Below, in pieces: positions 1 to 13,300 of a stretch of DNA of 64,000 bases. A program made the position numbers and the translations under genes. Position 1 is the stretch's first letter. Each line of letters opens with the position of its first letter. The stretch spans positions 5,406,791 through 5,470,790 of the forward strand of contig CM082596.2 in assembly GCA_040954595.2 (NCBI GenBank), written 5' to 3'. Source of the DNA: Balanoglossus misakiensis (lineage: Eukaryota > Animalia > Hemichordata). Below the pieces are notes generated by a model. The model worked only from the letters and a program-made list of their open reading frames with translations, did no database searches and had not been told where the DNA came from.

Positions 1-3
1 CAG

Positions 4-3000
4 GCTAAAGCCAAGGAGCAGGGACTGTGGAATCTGTTTCTTCCCGGAATCAGTGGACTCACTGTCCTGGAATACGCACTGATCGCGGAGGAGACCGGAA
101 AATCCCGGATTGGGCCGGAGGCATTTAATTGTGCAGCTCCTGGTGAGATCAAAGTTCGTACAACCTGCGAGGGTTGAACCTTGAAGTTGTTTGCCATAGT
201 ATGGAAATAGAAATACGTAGCGGTGTGCACAACTTTAAAAGTGTACGGATAGATATTGAAAACAGCTTGAATAGAGATCGCAACAGTAGAATTAAAAGTA
301 ATATTGATATTTCATTGTCATCATCTAAAATTGTTTTTGTGTGCAGACACCGGCAATATGGAAGTGCTATATCTGTACGGAAGTCCAGAACAGAAGAAAC
401 AGTGGTTAGAACCTCTCCTGGAAGGGAAGATCAGGTCCTGTTTCAGTATGACAGGTAAAGAACCTGATACTGCAAATTATGTCTGACTGGAAGATCTTCA
501 GTCTTTGTATCACTATTTGCTTTTGAATATGTGCTGGTCGCCACCATCTTGTCTGTTGTTAAGTCAGCACGCTGCCTTATGGCGTTGACTAATACACTTT
601 TTGTAACCAGAGTCTCTGGTTTGGCACATGCGCGAAAGACGATCGTTGCCCTTTAAATCTTCATAGTTGGTAATGTTTGCAAGTTTATTCTTTGCTGTGA
701 TCTAATCTTTTCTTGGTTTATTTTTCATAGAGCCTCAAGTAGCGTCCAGTGACGCAACCAACATGCAGTGTACAATCACACGCGACGGCGACAGTTATGT
801 TGTAAACGGAAGAAAATGGTGGAGCAGTGGTAGGTTTTTCAATTTAACATTGCATGAGTATTCATCTTACATTTTCTGCCAGTACCGGTAGTGTTACCTG
901 TAATTTTGGCAATCAGAGCGGTGACCTCACAATCAAAATTCCCTCAAACTGATAGTTTTTGCTACTACACATACGGGATTTTAAATAGGCCTTAACATCA
1001 GTTCTTTTGCATCAATGTTTCCCAGGTGCTGGTGATCCAAGATGTAAGATCGCCATAGTGATGGGAAAAACAGGTGGAGATACTTCTCCAAGGTAGGCCT
1101 TCAATAACATTTGATGCAATTTTGCAACAGGATCATGTCACCTTAAAGTATGATGCTGAGCGTGAATGAATTATTCCAGGCTTCACAAATTAATTTAAAA
1201 CTCTGGCCTAGTGCAAGGAGGAGCAAGAATTTATAGAAGTTCATGTGTAAAAGAAACCAGCAGTCCATTACACAAGTCTAAAATATTGATTGACTAAAGC
1301 TAGAGGAAAAACTGCACTTCTTTATATGAAACTTACATCAGCACTTACAAAGTTGTGTTTTGCATTAAATGTTGTTTCCTGTTCCAGACATAAACGGCAT
1401 AGTATGATCCTGGTTCCCCTTGACACGCCCGGTGTGAAAATTGTTCGATTTATGAAAGTTTTTGGAAATGAGGGTGGGTATTTCTTTTGTGCGGTCTGTA
1501 TTTTAGAACAGTAAAAAACTGTGTTTAGGAAGAGCATCATTTCATCAAACAAACATTGGGATCTAGTGAATTACCATGGTGTCATCCCTGTATACAATTC
1601 GATGCTGTGGTTTTTGCCTGAACACTGAGGCGCGTGTATCTGATTCTGCTCTAGGTTCCCCCAAAGGGCACGCTGAGTTTGAATTCAACAATGTTAGAGT
1701 TCCACTCGGCAACATAATCCTTGGTAAGTAGGAGTCAGAAATATACTGGATTTGAGAAAATCTTTTACGTTCTCCCTTTGTAGATGCTCCTCATGGCCAC
1801 GCAGAAATTGAGTTCAACAATGTCAGAGTTCCGCTTGCTAATATAATACTTGGTAAGTACAAATACTGAAAACCCAATCGCAACTTCAGAGGTAAAAACA
1901 ATCAACTTTTTAACAATTACCGTATGCACAAACACTGAAACCTGCAGTGACTAAACTGGACATCAAGAGTATTGAGAAAATTGTTTGGTTTACATAAGTG
2001 TCTGGTTTACAGATTTTTTTCATCAGAGTGTCCTATGTGAAGAGGAGTGGATATGATGTTCAGTGTAGCAAGGTTTCCACATTACACAGGGTGTGTTTTA
2101 GACAAGTTTTAAAATTGTACTGTTGACAAACTCTCAATGTTGCTATGTTTCAAAAACAGGCGAAGGACGAGGATTCGAGATCGCCCAGGGCCGACTTGGT
2201 CCCGGCAGAATCCACCACTGCATGAGAACCATTGGTCTGGCTGAGATGGCTGTGCAGATGATGTGTGCCAGGGTTCACCAGAGATCTCCGTTTGGCAAAA
2301 CATTAGCCCACCAGGTAAGAGCAGTTTCACCCCATCGGGTGAAATTATTGAAATCTCTTGGATTTCACCAAAGTTTTGGTAAGGATGTACGGTATGTGCA
2401 CTATGAGAACTTAATTATTACACAACTTTATACAGCGCTCGATCTAAACTCATTGGTGCTGTACATAAGACACTGTCTAAATCCATTGATTTCTATGGTA
2501 CGGTTGGACCTTAAATAATAAACTAACAAGATGCAAGTGCAATGCACATGAACTTAGACACGGCCTTGTATAATTGACTATTTTTTTCTTTGATTGCAGG
2601 GTGTGGTTCAACACCAAATTGCTGAGAGTCGCATTGAAATAGAAGCCATGAGGTTGATGGTTTTGAAAGCTGCTCACACGATTGACAAATATGGCACCAA
2701 GGCTGCCAGAAAAGAGGTAAGGAAGAGAGAAAACCCAGCTGATAGGATTTCGACTAATGCGACACTCGCTTAGGAAAATTTTGCAAAGATAGAGTAAGAC
2801 CTGTCCAGAAGTTGTATCTTGCGTTCAAGCTATAACGCAGCTTGAATTTATATATATACATATTTTTTTTTTTTTGAGGGGGGGGGGGGATTGACCAACT
2901 CATGAACATTCTCTACAGTCAATTCTTTAAATGAAGATTTATCGGTCAAAAAGCAAATATTTTAAGTTCTTATTTCAGGGTAATTAAAGGAACTGTAACA

Positions 3001-3290
3001 ACTTGTATTCAATAAATAGCCATGCATAATGAACCACTTTGTGTCTATTTATAATTTGTCATTTGTACTTACAGGTAGGAATGATCAAAATATTGGTTCC
3101 CCGCACGACAGTCAAGATTATCGACCGAGCCATTCAAATCCATGGTGGTGCAGGTGTCAGCCAAGATTTCCCACTGGCCGCCATGTATACGGGTCTTCGA
3201 AGTCTGCAGATAGCTGATGGGCCGGATGAAGTGCATTTGACGTCTGTCGCTCTGCAGGAGATGAGAGATCAGCTGAACGCCAAGCTGTAA
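4..3290 (+). CDS. ACAD11: Acyl-CoA dehydrogenase family member 11-like, 3' portion (gene begins upstream of the window)
   Basis: GT-AG exons 4-142, 347-454, 731-829, 1026-1092, 1388-1473, [1655-1723 or 1784-1852], 2160-2314, 2600-2716, 3075-3290 join in frame (1056 nt). Translation has ACAD10/11 motifs [96 protein letters not shown]. The short LFLP-xx-SGL spacing resembles ACAD11 rather than ACAD10 (from recall). Ends ...LNAKL*. Confidence 0.9.
1655..1723 (+). CDS. ACAD11: ACAD11 duplicated exon, copy A ([23 protein letters not shown])
   Basis: ctgctctag acceptor, G|gtaagt donor, 69 nt, phase 1-1, open frame, homologous to 1784-1852. Confidence 0.8.
1784..1852 (+). CDS. ACAD11: ACAD11 duplicated exon, copy B ([23 protein letters not shown])
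   Basis: ccctttgtag acceptor, G|gtaagt donor, 69 nt, phase 1-1; carries the DAPxGHxE-type sequence typical of the ACAD10/11 group. Confidence 0.88.
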
Positions 3291-3561
3291 AAAAAATCAG
3301 AAATTACAATCAATTGCATTCGTTACTGGATGAAGTGTCATGACTTTTTCTGTCCCAGATGTTTATTTTGATAATTAATAACAATTTACAATATGAAAAT
3401 AAAATACGAATATTCCCTTTGTATTAGCACTGCAGGAGTTTTGGCAAACTCCAAGTTCATTATGTCATTCCACTTTACTCATGTTAATCAGGCTTCTTTG
3501 CCAACAACAAATGTGTACCCTGAACAACTGCCGTGGCTGGCAGATAGGTAATTGTACTTTG

Positions 3562-3567
3562 AATAAA
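3562..3567 (+). terminator. Likely polyadenylation signal of ACAD11 (second candidate at 3398-3403)
   Basis: AATAAA about 270 nt after the stop codon, followed by a GT-rich tract at about 3586-3650. Confidence 0.55.
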
Positions 3568-3939
3568 GGACAAAGTTGCTAACTTTTGACTTGGCTCTGG
3601 GTGAATATATTTGTTGTGTGTGCAAAGGTATGTGTGATGTTGTGTGTACTGACACATGGATCTAAATGTTGGGTGTTTATAAGCTTCACACTGACACTTC
3701 CCATGGTCGGCATAGCGATGAAATTTAATTCAATCGGGAAACCTGTCAATACCAAACACCTTTTCCTGTCCTTTTGACAAGGGTTTTACCGTAGTTGCAA
3801 TAATATATTGTGTCAGAATTGTGTTGCATTTTACCAAGACAACATTTTAATCATAAATTAGTTGATAACGTAACATTAAGCAGTAAAACACGCTCTTTTA
3901 TTGAAAGTGAACGTAGCAATGGACAGGGCAATGGACAAG

Positions 3940-4450
3940 TATGAGTGCGCCCTCACAGTTGCAGTGACTTTTTATAAAATCTCGCAGAGTTCCCATAATG
4001 CACTATTCAAGATGGTAAGTCACCTTGTCTGTGAAACCTCGTACTCCGTAGACGGAAACAAATCTGCTGTCTTCAAGGAAACATTGAAGATCAAAACGCC
4101 GTTTTGATCTGGTGAGTGTTAGATCGTTACTTTTCGCTGTTTCTGTCCAAATTTGGTGAAATTTTAAACATGTTTGCACAATTTAGGCGCGTTTTCCCAG
4201 TCCAGCTGATCGGTTCGTTCGGCCGGCCATTCATTGTTTTTGTTTGGGTTTTGTTGTGATCGAGCCAGCGATCGCACCGTTATATTCATGAGCCGTGGGT
4301 TTTGGCGTCCCCGGTTGTCACGGGGCCCGGGGAGATGTGGGGGGTAGGAGCCTGTGGACACGTGGACAGAGCTGATAGACCCCACACGGCTTGTCCCAGT
4401 CTCGTTTCCACTGTCGTCGACTCCACAACAAAGATCCGCGAGTGTGATAA
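3940..4450 (+). promoter_or_regulatory. Putative promoter and non-coding first exon(s) of ANKIB1
   Basis: Locally CpG-rich. TATA-like TTTATAAAA 3971-3979; ZNF143/Staf-like TTCCCATAATGCACT 3990-4004; YY1-like CAAGATGG 4008-4015; strong donors gtaagt (4015) and gtgagt (4112). No other + strand gene found before ANKIB1. Confidence 0.5.
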
Positions 4451-7080
4451 CAATTTAAAGGATCACTTTCCCTGGCTCAGTGCGTGGAAAACTGGAGATT
4501 TCCAGACAAAGGAAACGAGCGATCCATCAACCTGATGATTTGTCATTTCTAGTGAACGCGCCACTTTTTTCTTAGCGTCTAGAATTCAGAAGGCGAAATG
4601 ATTTTGATACAGCGCTGATATAACGTTGTGTAAATTGTCGGGATATTGGATACACGCATGTATATTCAGTAGAGAAGAAAATCAATACATGCTCGACGTT
4701 GATATACATGTAAAGACTGGGAGTGTTGCCCATAAGCAAATTACGTGATTATAATGGTTCTAGTTGAGTGAAAATGTATATCTCTAGTATCGAGTACCTA
4801 TCGACCTAGAGAACTGCGTATTAAAAATGTCGCATAGCTTTTCAGCCGGCTTTTACACTTTTTATATATGATGAGCAAATTGGACACGTCATGGAGAAAG
4901 TAGCTTTTGTTCATTTCAAGCACCATAATTTTGCTCTTCAATCCAGCTGTATCAATATTGATAAGGCAATTATGCTGTTGTCGCATTTTGTGAGTTTGCA
5001 AATGTACGATCCATATTACTAAAGCCTTGATAATAAAAATTATATCAGTTCATCAACAGAAACTCTGTGTGTTTTAGTTGCTTTCTCTCTCTTCAAGATC
5101 TTTGGTTTCAGAAGTCCAGTTTCATACTGAATTGGGGCAAAGTGACTTTGGCCATCATCTATTTATCTATGCTTCAAGTCTCAAAAAGCAAATACATGTA
5201 AATCCATTAAACCGAGGAACCGTTTTTGAACACTCGCATGGTAATTCAGACATAAGTACAAAATTCTCTGATGCATTTAGTTGATTACCCCATTTTGTGT
5301 GGCGATCAGTAAGACTAAGAAGCTTTTCTGGAATTCGTATCAGCAGTACACAGATTTTCCCCGATGATGAAATTTTACCAATACAGTGTAGATAAAAATG
5401 GTAGTTGGTGTGGAAAGGAAAAAAAAGCAGACTTCCTATATTAACCAACCGTTATGTAGAATGGAACACGTAGATATTGAACGGATTCATATCCTTAGGC
5501 AAATGTTACAAAGGACAATTTCCAAAAATCAATGATAATACATTAAGTTTTCTTGATTTTCTGTGAAAGAGTGATGTAAGACCAAGCCATTTGCACATAT
5601 CGGATGGATGAAAGATAGTGATGATCAGATCCTGTTTTTATCATCAGTCAGTATCTCTTACATTGTTTTCACCTTGGCTTCCACAATGCCCTGTTTAATC
5701 ATTTGACCTTTGCAGGTTTTCATTACCTTGTGATTTTGAAGGAGACAATGAATTGTTTGTTCGTTCTCAGCACCTCAACAATTGGCGGCCAGTAATAAAC
5801 ACCAATGGAAGTACAGTGTGTGAGTCACTCTTTAGACGCCTGAGGCAAGGTCAAACATGAACAATGCAGTACACGTAGAAACAAGACAAAAATTGTCCTC
5901 AAACAGACACATTTAACACGTTCTTTTGAGGACATTACTGTAAAAATAGATTTGCTCGGCTGCTGTGATGTGATATTTCAAGTTGTCCGGAGTCAAGACA
6001 CCGATACAATACAAGACTGACGGGAAATATTCATCTGTAGCACTTCCTGGATCTATGATTCGCTTCCCCTCTATACAAGCCCATATTGTTTGCGTCATAT
6101 GCAGGCGTCAGTCAGTTATATTTCTGTGGTCTTTCGTGTGTTAATCATATAAGGTTCTTCCACACGGTAAGTGACCATCACACACAGACAAATAATACAA
6201 GCCTAGTGTACTGTAGTCTACTTGCCAAATATTTTCGGCAATGCCAGAAAAGGTCTGACCGGCCAGACACTGTCTGAAAAGTTTATCAAATAGTTTAATA
6301 TTTATCTCGTACCGATAGCTATTTGTTCGATATCAGCGCAGCTAGTATCATTACGACCGCAGTTATGTGAACTATGTAATTTCAAACAAGGGAGGAAGTA
6401 TAGCTGTGATTTTGAGTACCGAAGGAAGTTACTTTTAACCTCAGGATATTTAATATGAAATTGAAAAATTATCCTAGCAGATAACTCTGGTATTTTCAAT
6501 CGGTGAATTCCAAAAGAACTTGACAGGGATTTAATTTTTTGTAAGGTGATACCACATCCCTTATGGACGCATAGGTACCGGGGGTATATTAATATGTAAA
6601 GCGTAAAAGGTAGTTTATGTACAAATGTCACACTTGTAACCGAATCCATTGGTCTGAGGTTAAGGACCCCCAATGTGCTTTTCTTTTGACCCGTGGATTG
6701 AAATCTCTAGTGTGACCAACTTTTGAATACTTTGTGCAGCTACGTGTATAGAATTGACAAAAGGGGAAACTGGTAGAGTAGGTTTTACATGATAGGATGA
6801 CTGGATTTACCTCCATTTTGGCACCAAGCACCAGCCATTTCTAAAGTTAAAATTGATTTAGTCGATAGTCCAGATCAGGGGAAGTGTTCTTTTCCAATCA
6901 GCTAACACTGAGCCAATGATAGGTTGATCCGGTGTTAGCTTATTGCCTCTATACTTTGCAGACTGCCTATATGCATCTGTAGTCTGATTTTGCCTATATA
7001 TACATGTACGCTACTGTTCATCTAGCCTGTGCTATTGTATACTATGCTAACACGAGGCTAAGTTTGCTTACTCAAGCTGG

Positions 7081-7116
7081 CCTTGGGTTAGCCCAGAGCT
7101 GACCCAATTGGAAACT
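7081..7116. repeat. Short dispersed repeat, second copy at about 14318-14353
   Basis: GGTTAGCCCAGAGCTGACCCA is identical at both places. Confidence 0.7.
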
Positions 7117-10100
7117 GTCCTGAACGTGTTGAAAGTGGAACATGGTTCATGGGTACATTTTCATCATGAGCCTGACAGTATACATGCAATAGAGTATGTA
7201 TTTATAAACAGTTTTCATCTGCCAACTCGCCACCCCAGAATGGCCGGGCATAAACATTTGTATAAATACGTGTAACATCATTAACCTCCAACACTTCATA
7301 CTCCCTGTACAGTACTTCTCATCTTTTCTCTTGTTTGCGTAGATCATACCATGGGGAACTCGGGGTGGGTAGGTTAAATTTCTCTGCAAGCTGTTTTAGC
7401 TTGTCATGAAAACACATGTGCACGCGAGTGCGCAAGTAGTCTCTCTGTCAGTTTGTTCCACTTTGAGTCAGGGTTACCGCGTCTTAATTGCGCCGTGAAG
7501 TACCCTGGTTCATTGTTGTCCCATATACGTCCATTAGCTACATTTGTACATTCTATTCAAAAAGTAAATGCCATGGATTTTATAATTCAGGTTTGTGACA
7601 TGTCCATTTGGTTCGTGAGTTTGAAGTGAATGTCGAAACGCTCTTTGTTTGCCGGGCTTGTTCGCTGTAATCGCATCAGATTGAATTAGCGAAGATTTAT
7701 TAGATTTGTTAAAACGGCATCAGTATTGAAAAGGAATTTCACTTGACAGTGGCACATCGCTGACGCAGAAACTATTCCCAGTAAGAGAATTTGGTCCAAG
7801 TCTCTGATTGAGTCCTTTCTCCTTCGTTGGGATTTTCTTTTTATGAAAATTTGTGATGGCAACATTTCATGTACCGGTACATGAAGCTGTAGCATGTCAC
7901 ATTTAGCTCTGTATCACCATAACCCTTTCACCACCATGTTGAAAGGGTTTCCCAGTGTTCAACAGTGCTGTGTACAGAAGCTCTAAGTAGGGTTAAACTA
8001 CATTAAATCTAAGCATATCTGATATGTTTGAATTATAATTTGTATATGACAGAAGTTGTGCAAAATACAATTTGATCAGCATTGCAAACTTGTACACATG
8101 GAAAAGGAATCTTAATTAAGAGATAGAGTCTCAAGCACTACATCAACAACTCAAGTAATAATTGTGCAGTAGAATTCTATTGAAATCCAGCAGTATGTTC
8201 AAAGATTTCTCCAGAATGGCCTTTGACATTAAGAATATAGATTTCTGTTATTGACGGACATGTACAATGATCCAGACAAGGGGATAGATTTCCACTGACT
8301 TTAAACCACAGAATTTATAAAAGGTGATGGACAGTCATTATTATGTATCAGCAACACATTTGTGCCAAACGTGCTAAAATAAATGCGGCATGATTAATTT
8401 CCTCCATGTGCATTGATCCTTTACATATTGCAAATTAATATGAGCAGAATCAGATCTACATCGTACATGAACAGAATTTGTATGATTCCCTGAGTGTGTA
8501 CAGCCGAGCCAGGCAGCCTATTCCTATGAGATTTGCTTTTTGTGCTGCGTCACTACACTCCCACGTGACAGTGCGTTTTGCTCGACTTGATTTGATATGA
8601 ATATTTATGATTACGGAGCATGCTGCGTAAAACGTTCAATCTAAGAAATTCTCTGCCACTTACCAGATTCTGGTAAGTACCAGCCGAGGGCCTCTTCAGA
8701 ATTGACAAGACCACAATGTATGTAATTAGCGTCATATCCATGCGGTGTGTATGATGAGCCCATTCTGAATATTGCACAGTCTTGGGAGCAGCTGCAGTAA
8801 GCTGTGGACATGTCTGTTCTGCTCGCATACGCACAAAGGCTGGTGTCAGCTATCAAAGTCAAGCAGGCACTGTGTTAGATAATGGTGCTAATTATTTGAA
8901 CGTGTCATATACATGTAGCAGATGTAAGATGTTATACTTCGGATGATTTTTGACAAACCAGTACATATACATGTAAAAGATGGACTGTAAAATATTACAT
9001 GAAAACACATCAAATTAAAAAAATCATAGTATCAGCCCAGTGACTCTGGAAAACACATCTTTACATCACATACATGTACATGTACATGTGTCTGCATTTC
9101 TTCTGGAGGCCTATGCATATGTGAATAAACGCCAGTATAAACATGTAAATGTCAAAGCACTGCAGCCTCTGGAGAGGTGATTATGATGGTGTACTGAGCA
9201 TGTATCTTAATGCTTTTACTCGCTTGTACATGTGAGTTGTTTGATGTCTGTAAATACATTGGGAGAAATGTACATACAAACATATAATTTCTTTTAATGC
9301 ATATATACGGTACATTGCACATGCACAGTTGTACATGTACCTGCTGTATCCAATGTATGTCAATTTACACCGTATATTTTTTTCTTTCTCTAAAGTAAAT
9401 TTTTTTTTGCATCTCCACAGGAGGAAGGAGACTTGGTGACCAATACTCAAGTACTCATGTTTCAGTGTTGACGTCAACACCGACACTGGCATGAAGACAA
9501 GAGTGTACACTGCCGAGCTTTGAAGTGTCAGGAGTCCCTCAACTTATCTTCGGTTTGGGTGTAGTGCCCCGTAAATGCCGCGACCTTTCCATGACATTGG
9601 TGACACGAGTCTGCAATATCGTAACACGGGCTGCCAGTTTCAAGTCTGCCAGCTCTGCAGTGCAAAGTGCAACCCAGCTTTCATCATAAAACCCAGTAGA
9701 TAAAAAAAAACACTGGGCAAACTGTCTCGACCCAAAGATTTCCGCACCAAGGAAATCCGTCAATTTCCCCAGCGTAATCAATATTCTACAGTTTGATGAG
9801 AAATTACCATCAGATACCTTGTGTCTGTGCGAATGAGAATTTACAGTAGTAGGGTAACGGCCAACTGGAGAACCGTAAACTGCGCGACTACCTCAAGCTG
9901 TTCGTTTTAATTGGATCGTTTACATATTTTATATTTGCCGTCAGACGAGTGGTCAGCGTTTTTTTATTTGTGGTCAAGGAAAGTGGACAAGGTTTGGATT
10001 GACAGACAAAAGTGTCAATGTTACAAGTGACTATTAAAGAAAAATCTGCTTGGTTCATCGGAAGTTGAGGCGAAATTCTAAACCATGTATTCTTCCGAGC

Positions 10101-10357
10101 GTATTTACAACTGATTTTATAAGCACAGCTGGTGGATCTTCAGTGGCTGGCTTCTTCCAGAGGGCATCGTCATAGAAGCGGGGAAGCCTTAAGTGTTATC
10201 GTGTCAAGGTGTTTATATGCATGTTGCCAGCTCCGCCGCCGCAGCAGTACTTGAGGCCTAGGTCTCTCTCGTCGCACAGTGAATCACCGCCACTCTCGGA
10301 TTAGTGCCTCCGTCATCGTCACGCCAACTGAAATCATCACCGACATCACATATCAGC

Positions 10358-13300
10358 ATGGGCAGCACATCGTCCAAGTTCCGCAAGGCCCTGCAGAATG
10401 GGGAGGAGTATGTTGCCATGCAACTGTACGTGAACAGTCCCGAGCTGCGCAAGTCCCTCGATCCGAATCTGTCGTACGGGGATAATTACAGCCACAACAC
10501 GCCGTTGCATTATGTCAGCAAGCATGCCATGAAATCGCTCTTGAGGTGAGTTCCGCGTCAGAATTGCCTGCTGTGATTCAGCAGGTTTTCAGTGAAATTT
10601 ACAGGTACATTTGAATATGCGTACTTCAGTGCAACGTACGTGTTTAAATTCAGATCAGACACACATTAACACTGCACCAGAATAAATTTCACGTCACCTT
10701 TGCTGTCACTTATAATACATTAGTTTACTGGCTTCTAACATTAAAACCACTTTTTTGCCTTAATTTGGTTGACAGTACACATTCTATGAAATCACTGACA
10801 AGTCGAAAAATTAATGTATGCTGACATTAATTTTTATCATCACAAGATTGAAAAACCAAGGTGTATACATTTCTTTTTGAAGAAATTCTTCCTGCATATG
10901 CCTGCGTGTTCTTATCGTCTTTCGCCAACTGATATTTATTTCGCACAAAAATTAATAACCACCAGGCCATATTTCAGAATTTAATTTTTGACATGATCGC
11001 ATTTCAGATCAGGTAGGAAAGATGAGTGTCGAAAACGACTCCTGAATTTTAAAATGTCCGCTAATGAGAGCGCGATTAATAACAAGTTGTAAATTGTGCG
11101 CCTGTAAGCTGTGTTTAAATTTCCAGACATGATCCATTGATTTTTCGATATGTGCCGAGCGTGTATAATCATACAGGGACAATCACCGCGTGCGAGATCG
11201 ACCGCATGGATATCAAGCATTCTGCAGGACATGCGGGGGATTTCCAGGCCAGACTTGAAAATTCGCAATTCATTTCCTTAATCACGTCCGTGTACCAGGA
11301 ATCTTTTTTTATCTCCTTATATGAATCAGTCGGTCTGATTAGATGAGCAGGAGTGAAAAAGGAGGTCAAAGGCCACAGATCTGTTTGTCAAGCGCTTACA
11401 TTTATATCCCGGGGCTAGTGATTACTAAGAGAAGATGTAGCCGGAAATACATCATGTGCCCAGAGGTTAAAATTAGCACAGCAGTCATAGCATATGCTAT
11501 TGTCTGATCCTCGTTTTTTTATTTTAAGCATTAAACCATATTCTGGGTATTTGATGCATGTTTTCGGACAAAACAGCAAAGGTTCTGAGGGGGTACCTTT
11601 TCACTTGTTTTTGGAGATGGGGTTGAAATGGTTAAAACAAGCATGACAAACTACCATGTTAAATTGCACTTTGTCACTATAAATATCTGATTTAATGATG
11701 GTTGAGTCATCCAAGTCTCTTGATGAAACTTGCATTATCCTTGTAATTTGATGTAATAATTACATCTTATCTGATTTTCTTAAGTGGCTACATGCCGTTA
11801 ATTGATTTCCATAATACTCTCATCAATCTTACTCTAAAATAATTACCAGTAATCAAATCTTGATGAATTTAGTTTCTTTTTTTTTCTTGTATCGCGATAA
11901 CTAGGCTATGTCTCAAGGATCTGAACGGAAATCCCAACAAGAAGAACTCGCGCAACGAGACGTCCATCCACAATGTCTGCATGTGCAACAACGGTCTGGA
12001 CATGTCCGTGCAGACCAAGCGGGCCGAGTGCCTCTACATGATGCTGCAGTGGGAAGGAGCCCTTCTGAGAAACGGCGAGCGGGAGAAAGCCGATCTCAAT
12101 GCCATCGATGAGGTAGGTGTATGCATACATCTACACGTGCGTGGGATTGTCGAAACACATACGTGGCGTTAAACGTGAGGCTTCATGGTGTGCCTGTACA
12201 GATTCCGTGGGTGTGCGGAGGTTATAATGTGGCTTCATCATTTCTCGTGTCTGATACCTCATCTGTCGCAACAGACATCCGCAACCTTAAAACTTTCTTT
12301 CTGACATCTCATCATGCCTGATGATCAAGTAGGCGTTGAACACGACCCCCTACGTGATTTCCATTGGTAGAAATTTGTGAGTTTGATTGAAAACGTTTCG
12401 TCCCAGCCAACCATATTCACATAGTAAATGTGTTCTGAATTCCTTTTCTAACTTATTTTAAGCAAACAAAAGATGCCAGGATGGGAAATCATTTAGGGCT
12501 CATGACAATGGCTTGTTGATCAACCCCCTCCCCAGAAAGATGCTTTTGTGCCATCCCTATTTTAATGAAATTTCAATTATGACACAATTTAAAGATAGAT
12601 TTTGTTTATGTTTATACTAACCATGCAGAGAGAGAGCTAATAAGGCATTCAAGTACATCAGTATATAAATAGACAATTATTGTCAATATGCAGGCATTCA
12701 TTGCTATAATTAGCGAGCTGCAAATCTCACCAATCAGCTAGAAAACTGACCTGACCTGCACATGATAATATTGAATAAACTATTTTGCTGTGTTACTTAT
12801 GTATGTATCAAGGATTCTATATATGCAGTGCTCTATTTTTATCTAAAAATTAATATCATTCTTTGGATTGTATCTGTCTCGTAATAGGTAGAAATTATTA
12901 TGTTAGCATTTGGAGATAATTCTAAAATAATGCATGATATGCGTGTATTAATATTGTGTTTATGTTTGTTAAGTTTTCAATGATGGATAATGCTTATGTT
13001 AATTACACTTTCACATTAATAGACAATCAGTCACATGTGGATGGGTACAGCAGATGACCTTAGTCTGTGACCCCCCTCTAGCAATCAGCGATCACCCGTA
13101 ATGCCATGCATTGCGGGTCTGTCGCTCATTGTAGATGTCTGCTAACTGCGCAAGTGACTTGTGGTGGAGAGTCTTGTTGATGACGATGTCAACGAAAAAG
13201 GGAACTGTTTCGCCAAGAGCATTGTCTGTTTATCCAGAAGTATCCATGATGTTGCTTTTTGTTTTTGCCAATGAAAGAAAATAAAATCTGAATGACTTAC

